A DNA stretch of 64,000 nucleotides, taken from positions 180,063-244,062 of the forward strand of contig CAZWAD010000001.1 in assembly GCA_964631835.1 (NCBI GenBank), read 5' to 3'. Below are positions 49,018 to 58,895 of the stretch, in pieces. How positions within the stretch are numbered: the first letter of the stretch is position 1; each line of letters starts with the position of its first letter. The position numbers were made by a program, and so were the translations under genes. Below the pieces are notes generated by a model. It ran no database searches. It worked only from the letters and a program-made list of their open reading frames with translations, and had not been told where the DNA came from. The stretch is from an uncultured Chitinophaga sp. Its GTDB lineage: Bacteria > Bacteroidota > Bacteroidia > Chitinophagales > LD1.

Positions 49018-49536
49018 TTAAAACTTGAATTGAATTACTGCGCTTTTTATTTCATTATATGGTATTTCAAATTCTCTGACATCGGATAATTCTTTGATTT
49101 TTAATTTTTGGTTCTTGGTTTTGGTCCTCTCAGCCACCTCTTTCAGTTTTATTTTTTCATCATCTGCCTCAAGCAGTTGCCCTGCAATTTGAGTTCCATC
49201 TGTTTTAATCACATCAAGCGTTTTGCCTATTCTGCGTTTATACTGTCGAGGTATTTTGAGCGGATTGTCCATACCCGGGCTGGATACTTCGAGAATATAA
49301 TTACCGGGGACCAGACCACTGCCATCGAAATTTTTTTCAAGAAAGCGGGATATTTCGGCACATTCCGAAATCTGGACTCCCGTGTCGCTGTCAATATACA
49401 CATCAATTTGCCTGCCCATGGGAAACTTAATATCTACCAAGAACAATTTTTTTTCACTGAGCAACGGATTGAGCCATTCTTCAATTTTATGTCGAACCTC
49501 ATCGTAATTCACGGCTAACACACTTTTAAGAAACAA
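49018..49536 (-). CDS. rimP: Ribosome maturation factor RimP
   Basis: Its position upstream of nusA and the sequence ...LFLVDIKF....IDVYIDSD.GV....C..ISR. The track start is a TTG at 49536; a GTG at 49512 is an alternative. Confidence 0.85.
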   Translation of the reverse strand: MFLKSVLAVNYDEVRHKIEEWLNPLLSEKKLFLVDIKFPMGRQIDVYIDSDTGVQISECAEISRFLEKNFDGSGLVPGNYILEVSSPGMDNPLKIPRQYKRRIGKTLDVIKTDGTQIAGQLLEADDEKIKLKEVAERTKTKNQKLKIKELSDVREFEIPYNEIKSAVIQFKF

Positions 49537-49560
49537 GAGAGGGGACTTTCGTCCCCTCTT
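49537..49560 (-). promoter_or_regulatory. Strong hairpin in the rimP-nusA-infB leader
   Basis: A 10-11 bp stem (GAGAGGGGAC / GTCCCCTCTT) with loop TTTC. On the transcribed (minus) strand it is followed by TGTTTCTT, directly abutting the rimP start. Confidence 0.4.
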
Positions 49561-49664
49561 AACTAATTAAATCAAGTGCAAATATAGATTTTATACTGAA
49601 GTTGCAAAACGAAATTGCTTATGTGCTTCTGCAACTTGCATTAAAACATTCCGTATAAATAGGC

Positions 49665-50144
49665 ATGAAAAGCACAGTACTGGCTTTGTGCCAGTTGTTT
49701 TTTGTTTTATCGGTTTTTGGGCAAGATACTCTGGAGGTTCCCGATAAATCAAGAGCAAAATTGCATGCCGATTACCCGCGCATGGTAGCCCGCGCCCAGT
49801 GGACTAAAGAAAGCGAAAGCGTTTACCGTGCCGATTTTGTTTTCTACCGCAGCCGTAAAATTCAAATGGCGAGGTTCGATACGGCCGGCAACCGCCTGGA
49901 AGCCCGTATTGAAATAGACCACGCACAGGCACCGGTGAAGGTGAAAGAACTGCTGACACGTAAATTCAAAAACTGCAAACCGGTAAAAACAGTTCGCTAC
50001 GAACTATCCGGTACTGCTGCCCGCTTTTTCGTAACGCTCGAAAAAACAGTGACAGGCAGCGCACCGGTAAGTTATACTATTGAAGTATCACCGGAAGGTA
50101 AGCTGCTGAAAACTCCGGAAGAGCTTTTGGCAAGCAGCCAATAA
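49665..50144 (+). CDS. Hypothetical exported protein (PepSY-like, tentative)
   Basis: 159 aa with the signal peptide MKSTVLALCQLFFVLSVFGQ. Confidence 0.6.
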   Translation: MKSTVLALCQLFFVLSVFGQDTLEVPDKSRAKLHADYPRMVARAQWTKESESVYRADFVFYRSRKIQMARFDTAGNRLEARIEIDHAQAPVKVKELLTRKFKNCKPVKTVRYELSGTAARFFVTLEKTVTGSAPVSYTIEVSPEGKLLKTPEELLASSQ

Positions 50145-50148
50145 AAAA

Positions 50149-50169
50149 CCCCTCCCGAAGCGAGAGGGG
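50149..50169 (-). terminator. Hairpin between convergent genes; terminator-like for the pspC-domain operon
   Basis: CCCCTC (50149-54) pairs with GAGGGG (50164-69). Read on the minus strand it is followed by TTTTTT. Confidence 0.5.
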
Positions 50170-50214
50170 CGCCACACCAAAAGAGTTTTGCGATAACCTG
50201 TTTGGAGGGATATT

Positions 50215-51975
50215 TTACTGAGGCTCTTCTTCCTCTTTCTTTATTTTGATAATTTTCTTCTCCAGTTTTTTACCGGCTTCGTCTATTTTCTTTTCAGCTT
50301 CCTCAATTTTTTTCTCTGCCTCTTCAATTTTCTTTTCGTGCTTTTCAATGACCTCTTCCACTTCCTTTTCAATTTTTTCCTCGGCATTAAAATGGTTTTC
50401 GCCTTTTACGCACATCACTTTCCCGTCTTTTACGGTCCAGGTGGTGTTGGCGAAATAGGTGTCATCATACGTGTTGTCGCCTTTAACTGTAGCCGCCCAG
50501 CGGTCAAGGTTATCGGCAAAACTTACAAACTTGCCCTCGGGAATGGCAATGCGGATTTTCATATCCTGAAAGCGGTACTTACCGTTTTTATCGAGTTCGA
50601 GATAAGCGGGAAGGCTCAAAATAGTATCGTGCTGCGAAATATCGTAAATCACATAACCCGAGTTAGTCAGTGCATCACCCTTGTTTTTTCCCCGCGTACC
50701 GATAGACTTTTGAATGTAAAAGCTATCGTTCAGCGAAGGCATTAGCTGCAGTGCCGGCTCACCGATGGTAATGCGGTCCAGTTCATCAATATCAACTCCG
50801 TTAATGGTAATTCCGTTTTGGTTGATGTTGAAGTTGTAGTCATCATCGTCTTCATCTTTCGAAATTTTGTTTCCCAAAGTATCGGTGAGTTGAATAAACA
50901 AAGTTCCGTTCGGAGGTTGTACCAAAGCAATTTCCTCATTCTTGGTGGCCTTAGTTCCAAAATCTTTGGCAATCACAAAGCCGCCATAACTCATCATAAA
51001 TACCCCAATCCACCAAACGGCAATCAATATCCATTTAAGCATGGGTGCTGAAGTGCGCTTGCCGAAAATCAAACGCATAGCAGCATAAATAACAGCCACT
51101 ACCGGTGCACCGATAAACAACGCCACCCCGAATTTTAAAAAGGTAAGAGCCGAAGAATTTTCGATAAACAAGTGTGGAGCATGGGTAAATAGGTTGTTAC
51201 CGGCAAACGAAATACCAAGCAAACCGGCAATAAGCACAACTAAAACAAGAAAACCAGCTAAGATTATTATTCCGGCTATAAACTTAACAAGACCGGTTAT
51301 TATAGTTAAAGAAACGCCCCAAAACTTTTCGAAAAAAGTTTGTTCGCGCACCAACCGGTTAACCGATTCCCCCGCACGGCTTACGGCTCCTTTTATTTCT
51401 TTCTCTATGGTGCTGATATTTACCGGCTCACCTTTCATTTGCAACTTTTCAGCCGAGGTTTGCGCTTTCGGAATAACTATGGCAAGAAGTATATAAACAA
51501 GCACTACCGTTCCGAAACTCACAAAGCAAAGCAGCACTACCATCAGCCGCACCCAGGTGGGGTCATTAATACCAAAATAATGGCAAAGACCTGAAATAAC
51601 ACCTGCAACTTTTTCGTCATCCGGGTCGCGGAACAGCCTTCTTCTTACCAGCTCACCGGTTAATGTGTTTTCCGGCTGACTTGCATTATCAGCCGGAGAT
51701 GTTTGGGTTTCTTCACCGGCAATGTCTTCGGGTTTGCCCATTATACCGGTTACATACTGAACATCTTCAATGCCCACTACTTCTCTGCGGCTGGCAAGTT
51801 TCTGGTTCAGCATTTCGGCAATGCGCGCTTCAATGTCGTTAAGTATTTCATCACGCCCGGCTTCATTTTTAAACTTTGTCTTCAGTGATTCGAGATATAC
51901 ATGCAGGAGTTCATAAGCATTCTCATCAATGATAAATGCCAGTCCCCCGAGGTTAATGTTTAATGTCTTTCTCAT
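50215..51975 (-). CDS. PspC-domain membrane protein
   Basis: 586 aa. PspC motif region RLFRDPDDEKVAGVISGLCHYFGINDPTWVRLMVVLL, several TMs and a charged C-terminal repeat region. Confidence 0.85.
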   Translation of the reverse strand: MRKTLNINLGGLAFIIDENAYELLHVYLESLKTKFKNEAGRDEILNDIEARIAEMLNQKLASRREVVGIEDVQYVTGIMGKPEDIAGEETQTSPADNASQPENTLTGELVRRRLFRDPDDEKVAGVISGLCHYFGINDPTWVRLMVVLLCFVSFGTVVLVYILLAIVIPKAQTSAEKLQMKGEPVNISTIEKEIKGAVSRAGESVNRLVREQTFFEKFWGVSLTIITGLVKFIAGIIILAGFLVLVVLIAGLLGISFAGNNLFTHAPHLFIENSSALTFLKFGVALFIGAPVVAVIYAAMRLIFGKRTSAPMLKWILIAVWWIGVFMMSYGGFVIAKDFGTKATKNEEIALVQPPNGTLFIQLTDTLGNKISKDEDDDDYNFNINQNGITINGVDIDELDRITIGEPALQLMPSLNDSFYIQKSIGTRGKNKGDALTNSGYVIYDISQHDTILSLPAYLELDKNGKYRFQDMKIRIAIPEGKFVSFADNLDRWAATVKGDNTYDDTYFANTTWTVKDGKVMCVKGENHFNAEEKIEKEVEEVIEKHEKKIEEAEKKIEEAEKKIDEAGKKLEKKIIKIKKEEEEPQ

Positions 51976-51978
51976 CGT

Positions 51979-52320
51979 TTATTGTTTTTGTGTGGTTTGT
52001 TGAATAATTTGATTAACCGAACCGGTGAGTTCGTTCCAGCTTTCGAGTAAAGCCGTAAGGTTTTTTCTTCCCTCTTCCGTTAGGGTAAAATATTTTCTGG
52101 GCGGCCCAGAAGTCGACTCTTCCCAGCGGTAAGAAAGGAGCCCGTCATTTTTCAGGCGGGTGAGCAGCGGGTAAAGCGTACCTTCAACCACAAGCAATTT
52201 AACCTGCTTCATCCGCTCGATAATTTCGGTGGGATAATGTTCCCCGTCCGAAAGCACGCACAAAATGCAAAATTCCAGCACTCCTTTCCGCATCTGCGCT
52301 TTGGTGTTTTCGATATTCAT
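51979..52320 (-). CDS. PadR-family transcriptional regulator
   Basis: ATG at 52320 gives 113 aa: ...MRKGVLEFCILCVLSDGEHYPTEIIERM......VVEGTLYPLLTRLKNDGLLSYRWEES..GPPRKYF.LTEEG. Confidence 0.9.
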   Translation of the reverse strand: MNIENTKAQMRKGVLEFCILCVLSDGEHYPTEIIERMKQVKLLVVEGTLYPLLTRLKNDGLLSYRWEESTSGPPRKYFTLTEEGRKNLTALLESWNELTGSVNQIIQQTTQKQ

Positions 52321-52379
52321 TGTTTTTGATTTTAGTTTTAAAAATGCGGATCGATGCATTTCGGTCCGCGTGCTTTTGT

Positions 52380-52733
52380 TTACGCTACACGAAACTTCAC
52401 CACGAGTAGGAACTTTTCTGTTGGTACACTGTTTTTAACTTTCATTTCTTTCAGCGCATTCTCTACATAATTTCTTGCATGTGCATTTGCCGAATTGATT
52501 TCGTGGATAGTTACTTTGCCATTTTCATCAACCGATACCATCGCCTTTACATCGTTGGCTTCGGTGTTTTCCGTAATAAACTCAGGGCACGAAATGTTGC
52601 GGATAATTTCTCTGCGCACATTTTCTTTAGCGTTTTTTTGAACGTTGCCGGGAACTGCCGCTATAATCCCCAGTGAACTCATCAATAAAAAATAACCTGC
52701 TAACAGGGCGTTGCATGTGAATTTTGTTGTCAT
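52380..52733 (-). CDS. Small hypothetical exported protein, first gene of the padR/pspC-domain operon
   Basis: 117 aa with a hydrophobic N-terminus. Confidence 0.55.
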   Translation of the reverse strand: MTTKFTCNALLAGYFLLMSSLGIIAAVPGNVQKNAKENVRREIIRNISCPEFITENTEANDVKAMVSVDENGKVTIHEINSANAHARNYVENALKEMKVKNSVPTEKFLLVVKFRVA

Positions 52734-52975
52734 GTCTATTGTTTTAAATGTTTAATAAGCTACTTGACGATGCAAATATATATTCATTGTATGGTATTAT
52801 GCAATACATAATAGTATATTTTTCATGAACTTTTTCTAAGTAGTTGATTTTCAGGATAAACAATTTTGCGATGTACTTATTTTTTTTCACTAATAACTAG
52901 CTTTCTTCTCATTGTTTAAAATCTCATATTGTTAAATGATATTCTTTTTAGATTTGGGCAAACAAAACATACACT

Positions 52976-54148
52976 ATGAAAAAAATATCTCTACTTTGTT
53001 TGTTATTCATCTTTACTCTCACTTCAAATGCACAGGACACAACTCCTGCAACAGAAAAGAAAAAATCAAAAGTTGTTTTGGGTGGCGATGGGGTCTATCT
53101 CCGCGACTCGGTTTGGAAACTTGGCGGGTTTTTGGGATTTACCTTGAGTCAAACTGCCCTTTACCAGTGGGGGCCTGGCGGCTCCAACAACTTCTCGTTT
53201 TTGCTAGGTGTGAATTTTTATGCCAACTATAAAAAGAATAAAATAATTTGGGACAACAGCCTTGATGCCAAATGGGGAATGGTGGCAAACGGACTGATTC
53301 GGGATAAATCGCTTGCCCAGAGAAATTTTCAGAAGAACATTGACATTTTTGCCATTAAATCACTTTGGGGATACCAGGTAACCAACTCGTTATATGTAGG
53401 CGCAAAGCTGGGTTTTGAAAGCCAGTTTACTCCAACCTTCGATTATTCCCTAACCGATACTTCAAATGGGAGATTCAGAAGATACACCATTTCGAAATTC
53501 GCAGCTCCGGCAGTTTTGACTATCGGCCCCGGTATAACCTGGAAGCCAAAAGATTATTTCACACTTTTCTTCTCTCCGGTAGAAGGCAAAATGACTTTTG
53601 TGGCAAAGGACAATCCCACCCGAAGTATGGACACGGTCAGTGACGGAACATTTGTTGACGCGCACTATACTGATATTGATGAAACAAGGTTCGGATTAAA
53701 AGCCGGCAAAGAATTTATGGGTGAACTGGGTTGGGAGTTAGATTTATTATTCCAGAAGGATATTGTAAAAAATGTGAACTGGAAAAGCCACTTGAATGTT
53801 TTTGGAGCCTATATGAATGCCAGCTACAACACCGAAATGCCGGTCTATTATTCGGACAGAGATTCTCTTGGTGTCAGAATTATTTCCGACAAAACAAGGC
53901 ATATACCAGTAGTGAAATGGGATAACGACATTGTGTTTAAGGTAAACAAATGGCTGAGCGCTACACTCTCTGCACGCTTCGTTTATCAATACAATGCGAA
54001 AGTGCCTATTGATACGCGCAAAAACGAAAGCGGTAAAAAGGGCCCTGATGGAATTACTGATTCCGACAAGGCCGGAAATGCCATTAACGGCTTCAACAGG
54101 TTGCAGATATTCGAGCAGTTCGGAATAGCACTGGCATATAAGTTTTAA
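52976..54148 (+). CDS. DUF3078-like outer-membrane beta-barrel protein (tentative)
   Basis: 390 aa with a signal peptide. WKLGGFLGFTLSQTALYQWGPGGSNNFS is typical of that family as I remember it. C-terminal aromatic residue (F). Confidence 0.65.
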   Translation: MKKISLLCLLFIFTLTSNAQDTTPATEKKKSKVVLGGDGVYLRDSVWKLGGFLGFTLSQTALYQWGPGGSNNFSFLLGVNFYANYKKNKIIWDNSLDAKWGMVANGLIRDKSLAQRNFQKNIDIFAIKSLWGYQVTNSLYVGAKLGFESQFTPTFDYSLTDTSNGRFRRYTISKFAAPAVLTIGPGITWKPKDYFTLFFSPVEGKMTFVAKDNPTRSMDTVSDGTFVDAHYTDIDETRFGLKAGKEFMGELGWELDLLFQKDIVKNVNWKSHLNVFGAYMNASYNTEMPVYYSDRDSLGVRIISDKTRHIPVVKWDNDIVFKVNKWLSATLSARFVYQYNAKVPIDTRKNESGKKGPDGITDSDKAGNAINGFNRLQIFEQFGIALAYKF

Positions 54149-54172
54149 AAAATAATTCAATCGAAATTTCAG

Positions 54173-54199
54173 AAGGGGCTTTGCGCCCCTTTTCATTTT
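54173..54199 (+). terminator. Rho-independent terminator
   Basis: AAGGGGC (54173-79) pairs with GCCCCTT (54185-91), loop TTTGC, followed by TTCATTTT. Confidence 0.6.
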
Positions 54200-54273
54200 G
54201 TGCTTAACAAAAATTGAATTTTAACAACCACCTCGGGCGCATATATTTGCCGTCCACAAAAAAAGTAAAAGCT

Positions 54274-55284
54274 ATGGAAATAATATCCGGTAACACCACA
54301 GTTGACATTACAGCACTCAACGAAAAAATAAACCGCGAAAGCGCCTTTGTTGATTTGCTGAATATTGAACTCGGCAAAACTATTGTAGGTCAGAAATATA
54401 TGGTTGAGCGTTTGTTGCTTGCAATGCTGTCAAACGGGCACATTTTACTCGAAGGTGTTCCGGGGCTTGCAAAAACTCTCGCAATAAAATCTTTGGCACA
54501 AGCCATTCACGGAAAATTTTCGCGCATTCAGTTCACGCCTGATTTGCTTCCGGCTGATTTGATCGGAACCATGATTTACAATCAGCAGCAAAACGAATTT
54601 GTGGTGAAAAAGGGTCCGGTATTCGCCAACTTTGTTTTGGCAGATGAAATCAATCGTGCACCGGCAAAAGTGCAATCAGCTTTGTTGGAAGCTATGCAGG
54701 AAAAACAAGTAACGATTGGAGAAAGTACTTATAAATTGGAAGAACCCTTCCTGGTTCTCGCCACTCAAAACCCGATTGAACAGGAAGGCACCTACCCGCT
54801 GCCGGAAGCACAGGTTGACCGATTCATGCTCAAAGCTGTAATTACTTACCCGAAAAAAGAAGAAGAGCAGCTTATTATTCGGCAGAATATGGCGCTTAAT
54901 GACAAACCAATTACCTCAGTAGTTAAGAAGGAAGACATTGTTGCTGCGCGTAAAACGGTCCGTGAAGTTTACATGGATGAAAAGATTGAACGCTACATTC
55001 TCGATATCGTTTTCGCAACCCGTAAACCAGAAGACTATAAGCTGAGCAAAATTAAATCGTTCATAAGCTATGGAGGCTCACCAAGGGCGAGCATCAATTT
55101 GGCGATTGCTGCGAAAGCCTATGCATTCATTAAGCGTAGGGGCTACGTTATTCCCGAAGATGTTCGCGCCATTTGTTTTGACGTAATGCGCCACCGGGTA
55201 GGGCTTACTTACGAGGCAGAAGCAGAAAACATTACCAGCGAAGAAGTGATTTCAGAGATTCTGAATGCAGTAGAAGTTCCATAG
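54274..55284 (+). CDS. MoxR-family AAA+ ATPase
   Basis: ATG at 54274 (the track start 54214 is TTG). Walker A GVPGLAKT, Walker B VLADEINRA and ATQNP. Confidence 0.92.
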   Translation: MEIISGNTTVDITALNEKINRESAFVDLLNIELGKTIVGQKYMVERLLLAMLSNGHILLEGVPGLAKTLAIKSLAQAIHGKFSRIQFTPDLLPADLIGTMIYNQQQNEFVVKKGPVFANFVLADEINRAPAKVQSALLEAMQEKQVTIGESTYKLEEPFLVLATQNPIEQEGTYPLPEAQVDRFMLKAVITYPKKEEEQLIIRQNMALNDKPITSVVKKEDIVAARKTVREVYMDEKIERYILDIVFATRKPEDYKLSKIKSFISYGGSPRASINLAIAAKAYAFIKRRGYVIPEDVRAICFDVMRHRVGLTYEAEAENITSEEVISEILNAVEVP

Positions 55285-55302
55285 TTTACTGAACTTTTTC
55301 CT

Positions 55303-56223
55303 ATGGCCAAACCTATTTCGGACAGCAGTGAGGACAAGCGCAGGAAGTTGCGCAGAATTGAAATAAAAACCAGAAAACTCTCCAACCAGATTTTCTCCGG
55401 CAGCTATCACTCTGCTTTCAAAGGCAAAGGCATTTCTTTCAGCGAAGTGCGCGAATACCAATATGGCGATGATATCCGCGCTATTGACTGGAACGTAACC
55501 GCACGCAACCGCAAGCCGTTCGTAAAAGTTTTTGAAGAAGAGAGGGAACTGACAGTTATGCTCTTGATTGACGTAAGTCAATCGTCTTTCTTCGGAACAC
55601 AGAATGAGTTCAAGAATCACATTATAGCAGAAATATGCGGAGTGCTTGCTTTTTCCGCCATTACGAATAATGATAAAGTCGGGGTTCTCTTTTTCAGCGA
55701 TGTTATTGAAAAGTTTATTCCGCCTAAAAAGGGAAAGAGCCACATCCTGCGGATTATTTCGGAAATATATGACTTTCATCCACAGCGGACAGGAACCAAT
55801 ATTCCCGAAGCATTAAGGCATTTTAATAATGCCGTAAAGAAAAAAACCATTGCGTTTTTAGTTTCCGATTTTTTGAGCAAAGATTCTTCTTCGGAAAAAT
55901 TTAAAAATGACTTTAAAAAATCGCTGAGTATTGTAGGTAAGAAGCATGATTTAATCGGTTTGCACGTTTACGATGAGCGCGAAGCCGTAATGCCCGATAT
56001 CGGTTTAGCCAAAATAATTGACAGCGAAACCGGAAAGGAATTCTGGATTGATACCAGCGATAAAACCCTTCGCGATAAATACGCAAAAATGTTTCAGGAA
56101 AACGCCCGCAGTACAAAAGATTTGTTCGGAAAAAGCGGGGCGCAGTTCGAGAGCATAAAGACGGAAGACAACTACGTTATATCGCTGATGAATATGTTCA
56201 AGAAAAGAATAGGGAGAAGGTGA
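55303..56223 (+). CDS. DUF58 family protein (MoxR partner)
   Basis: 306 aa with the FKGKGISFSEVREYQYGDDIRAIDWNVTAR signature. Confidence 0.88.
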   Translation: MAKPISDSSEDKRRKLRRIEIKTRKLSNQIFSGSYHSAFKGKGISFSEVREYQYGDDIRAIDWNVTARNRKPFVKVFEEERELTVMLLIDVSQSSFFGTQNEFKNHIIAEICGVLAFSAITNNDKVGVLFFSDVIEKFIPPKKGKSHILRIISEIYDFHPQRTGTNIPEALRHFNNAVKKKTIAFLVSDFLSKDSSSEKFKNDFKKSLSIVGKKHDLIGLHVYDEREAVMPDIGLAKIIDSETGKEFWIDTSDKTLRDKYAKMFQENARSTKDLFGKSGAQFESIKTEDNYVISLMNMFKKRIGRR

Positions 56224-57188
56224 AAGCTCAAGGTTTAAAATTTATTGTTCAGGGTTCGAAAGCCAAAGGGTTACTGCTTTGGCTTTTGCTCATTGGTCTT
56301 TGGTTTTGCGCCAATGCACAGGTTTCCGCAACCCTTCGTGCCGATTCTTCCGCAATTCAAATAGGCGACCACCTCCATATCCGGTTAACGGTTAAGCATC
56401 CATCCGGCTTTTCGGTTCCGTTTCCTCTTATTGCCGATACGCTCGGAAATCTCGAGCTGGTTTCGTATTCTAAAATTGATACTTCGGCCGAATCAGGCAG
56501 CCAGGTGCTTTCGCAGCTTTATACCGTTTCAGCTTACGATTCAGGAGAGTATCATGCAGGGCCGGTGAAAGTTTATTTCAAAAACAGCACCGGTGAGTTG
56601 GACAGTATTCTTTCAAACTACATCCCTGTTACGGTAAACACCTTGAATGTTGACACCACAAAACCGTTCAAGCCCATTAAAGCGCCACTTGCCGTTCCTT
56701 ATTCCTGGAAGGAATTTATTTATTACTACATCGCACTATGGGTTTTGCTTGTGGCATTGGTTGCCGGATACCTGATGTGGCGGGAGCAGAAAAAGAAGAA
56801 ACCGGTTGTGTATCAGCGGCCGCGGCCCAAAGACCCTGCGCATATATGGGCGCGAAAGGAGCTGAAGAAATTAGAAGAAGAAAAACTTTGGCAGAGCGAC
56901 CAGGTGAAATTATACTATAGCCGGCTGACAGATATTTTGCGCTTGTATCTTGAATACCGTTTCAACTGGCTTGCTCTGGAGTCAACCACCGAAGAAATTC
57001 AAAGGGAGATAGACCAATACCACCTGAAGGAGAAAGCAAAAGAAAGCCTGCTTTCGATTTTACATACTGCCGACCTGGTAAAATTCGCCAAGATGATTCC
57101 TCTGCCCGATGCCAACATCCGCGCCATGGAAAGCGCATATAAGTTTATTGATTTTACCGAACCTAAAGAAACCCCAGTGGCGAAATAA
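56220..57188 (+). CDS. Membrane protein of the MoxR/Bat operon (DUF4381-like C-terminal half, tentative)
   Basis: GTG start overlapping the preceding stop (GTGA). Signal peptide, an Ig-like N-terminal part, one TM (YYYIALWVLLVALVAGYLMW) and a cytoplasmic helical tail. Confidence 0.65.
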   Translation: MKAQGLKFIVQGSKAKGLLLWLLLIGLWFCANAQVSATLRADSSAIQIGDHLHIRLTVKHPSGFSVPFPLIADTLGNLELVSYSKIDTSAESGSQVLSQLYTVSAYDSGEYHAGPVKVYFKNSTGELDSILSNYIPVTVNTLNVDTTKPFKPIKAPLAVPYSWKEFIYYYIALWVLLVALVAGYLMWREQKKKKPVVYQRPRPKDPAHIWARKELKKLEEEKLWQSDQVKLYYSRLTDILRLYLEYRFNWLALESTTEEIQREIDQYHLKEKAKESLLSILHTADLVKFAKMIPLPDANIRAMESAYKFIDFTEPKETPVAK

Positions 57189-58201
57189 TGTTCACCAACC
57201 TTACACATATCACTTTTGCCAATAAATGGGTGTTGTTCCTGATTCCGGTTGTGCTGGTGCTTAGCGGCTTGTGGTGGTACTTTCTTTCCGCCAAAAATAA
57301 TCCCTCACTCAAGCTTTCTGCCACCAATGCTTTTGAAGCACTGGCAGACCCCTTCAAGGCAACTCTGAAAAAATTTCTTCCGGTACTCCGTCTCCTCGCT
57401 TTGGTTTTTCTGCTTGTTGCTTTGGCGCGCCCCCAAACCTCTTACGATGAAGAGAAAGTAACCACCGAAGGCATTGACATTGTGCTGGCAGTGGACGTTT
57501 CTACCTCCATGCTTGCCAAAGATTTTTCACCCAACCGCTTGGAAGCCGCCAAGAAAGAAGCCATGACTTTTATTGACGGCCGCCCGCATGACCGGATAGG
57601 GCTTGTGGTGTTTTCGGGCGAAAGTTTCACGCAGTGCCCGGTGACGATTGACCACGCTATTGTAAAGAATCAGTTGAAGCAAATCAAAAACGGGCTGATG
57701 GAAGACGGCACCGCCATAGGCATGGGGCTTGCCACTTCGGTGCAGCGGCTTAAGGAGCTTCCCTCGAAAAGCAAAGTGGTAATCCTGATGACCGATGGGG
57801 TAAACAACAAGGGCTTGGTTGACCCCATGACCGCCTCCGATATTGCCCTGCAGTTTAAAACCCGCGTTTACACCATTGGCATTGGAACCAACGGCAAAGC
57901 CATGACACCGGTTGCCATGACAGCGGGCGGTGAGCTGGTTTTTGATTACACCGATGTGCAGATTGATGAAGACCTGCTGAAAGAAATTGCGAAAAAAACG
58001 GGCGGGCAGTATTTCCGCGCTACCGATAACAGGAAGCTGAAAGACATTTACGCCCAAATTGACCAGCTCGAAAAAACAAAAATTGAAGTAAGCGCCTTCG
58101 AGCACAAAACCGAAAAGTTTTTCCCCTTTGCGCTCATAGCCGGAGTATTGATTTTTCTTGAAACGCTGTTCAGATATTTAATCGTAAGAAGCATTCCCTG
58201 A
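57188..58201 (+). CDS. batA: VWA-domain membrane protein, BatA-like
   Basis: 337 aa. Start overlaps the preceding stop (TAATG). N-terminal TMs, MIDAS motif DVSTSM and a C-terminal TM. Confidence 0.85.
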   Translation: MFTNLTHITFANKWVLFLIPVVLVLSGLWWYFLSAKNNPSLKLSATNAFEALADPFKATLKKFLPVLRLLALVFLLVALARPQTSYDEEKVTTEGIDIVLAVDVSTSMLAKDFSPNRLEAAKKEAMTFIDGRPHDRIGLVVFSGESFTQCPVTIDHAIVKNQLKQIKNGLMEDGTAIGMGLATSVQRLKELPSKSKVVILMTDGVNNKGLVDPMTASDIALQFKTRVYTIGIGTNGKAMTPVAMTAGGELVFDYTDVQIDEDLLKEIAKKTGGQYFRATDNRKLKDIYAQIDQLEKTKIEVSAFEHKTEKFFPFALIAGVLIFLETLFRYLIVRSIP

Positions 58202-58216
58202 CCTCTCCGGTTGGGT

Positions 58217-58687
58217 TCATCCAGCGGGCTTTGCTTTCAGCACTTCAACCATTTCGCGCAGCAGCTTGTTTTCGGCTTCCAGCACCGCGTTCTTCTGGCG
58301 CAGGATATTCAGTTCGGCATCTGCGCTTACCGGTGGCTTTTCTGCCACCGGCACCGGTTCAACCGGCTGGGTTTTATCGGCATACCACCCGAAAATATTA
58401 TAATCAATCAGCGCGCTTACCGTCATAATTTCGCTCACCCGCCAATCGTTTCGCCTGAGCAGGCGATACGCGCGGTCGGCACTTATATTCATGCGTTTAG
58501 CCAGCCCGGGTATGCTCATTTCAAGTTCATACATCTCGGCTTTTACCATAGCGCCCACATCGGGCATGTTCACCGGTTTGCTGAACCGGCTGCGGGTACT
58601 CCAGGTTCCCGCCCAGCTTTTCCTGATTCTTCGGTTTGCCATAACTATTTTATTATTTACCTGATGCAGAATCGCATCTGCCATCAA
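58217..58687 (-). CDS. Hypothetical HTH plus coiled-coil protein
   Basis: 156 aa. HTH-like MSIPGLAKRMNISADRAYRLLRRN and a leucine-zipper-like C-terminus LNILRQKNAVLEAENKLLREMVEVL. The antisense ORF 58211..58729 looks compositionally non-protein-like. The start is uncertain. Confidence 0.5.
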   Translation of the reverse strand: MMADAILHQVNNKIVMANRRIRKSWAGTWSTRSRFSKPVNMPDVGAMVKAEMYELEMSIPGLAKRMNISADRAYRLLRRNDWRVSEIMTVSALIDYNIFGWYADKTQPVEPVPVAEKPPVSADAELNILRQKNAVLEAENKLLREMVEVLKAKPAG

Positions 58688-58895
58688 CTACTAAACGTTT
58701 GCCCACTGGCAAATAGTATTTGGCAGTGAAAAATTATTACCGGCTGTAACAACATTTTCAGCGGAGAAACACCAGTTAGCAGTTGGTGCCGCCATATTCG
58801 CATTCATCATCAAAAAACAAGCAGTCAGGGCCACATCAAATTCATTTTTTGTAATAAGTAAAAATTAGGTTGCAGAAATTAGTAAAACAGAGCGA

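Noticed and set aside
52788-52808. PadR operator candidate TGTAT-N11-ATACA in the divergent promoter region
   Set aside because: The arms are only 5 bp in a very AT-rich region, which is easily expected by chance, and it does not match the ATGT-N8-ACAT type site I remember for PadR.
57527-58105. 192-aa minus-strand ORF
   Set aside because: It is antisense to the BatA-like VWA gene.
58211-58729. 172-aa plus-strand ORF
   Set aside because: It is antisense to CDS 58217..58687. Its translation is His/Phe/Cys-rich and unprotein-like, whereas the minus frame has an HTH and a coiled coil.
58698-58730. Sigma-54 promoter (the TGGCA...TTGG-like string ctggcaaatagtatttggcag)
   Set aside because: It does not fit the GG-N10-GC spacing or sequence of the -24/-12 consensus on either strand. 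I kept it only as the dyad TTTGCC-N4-GGCAAA.
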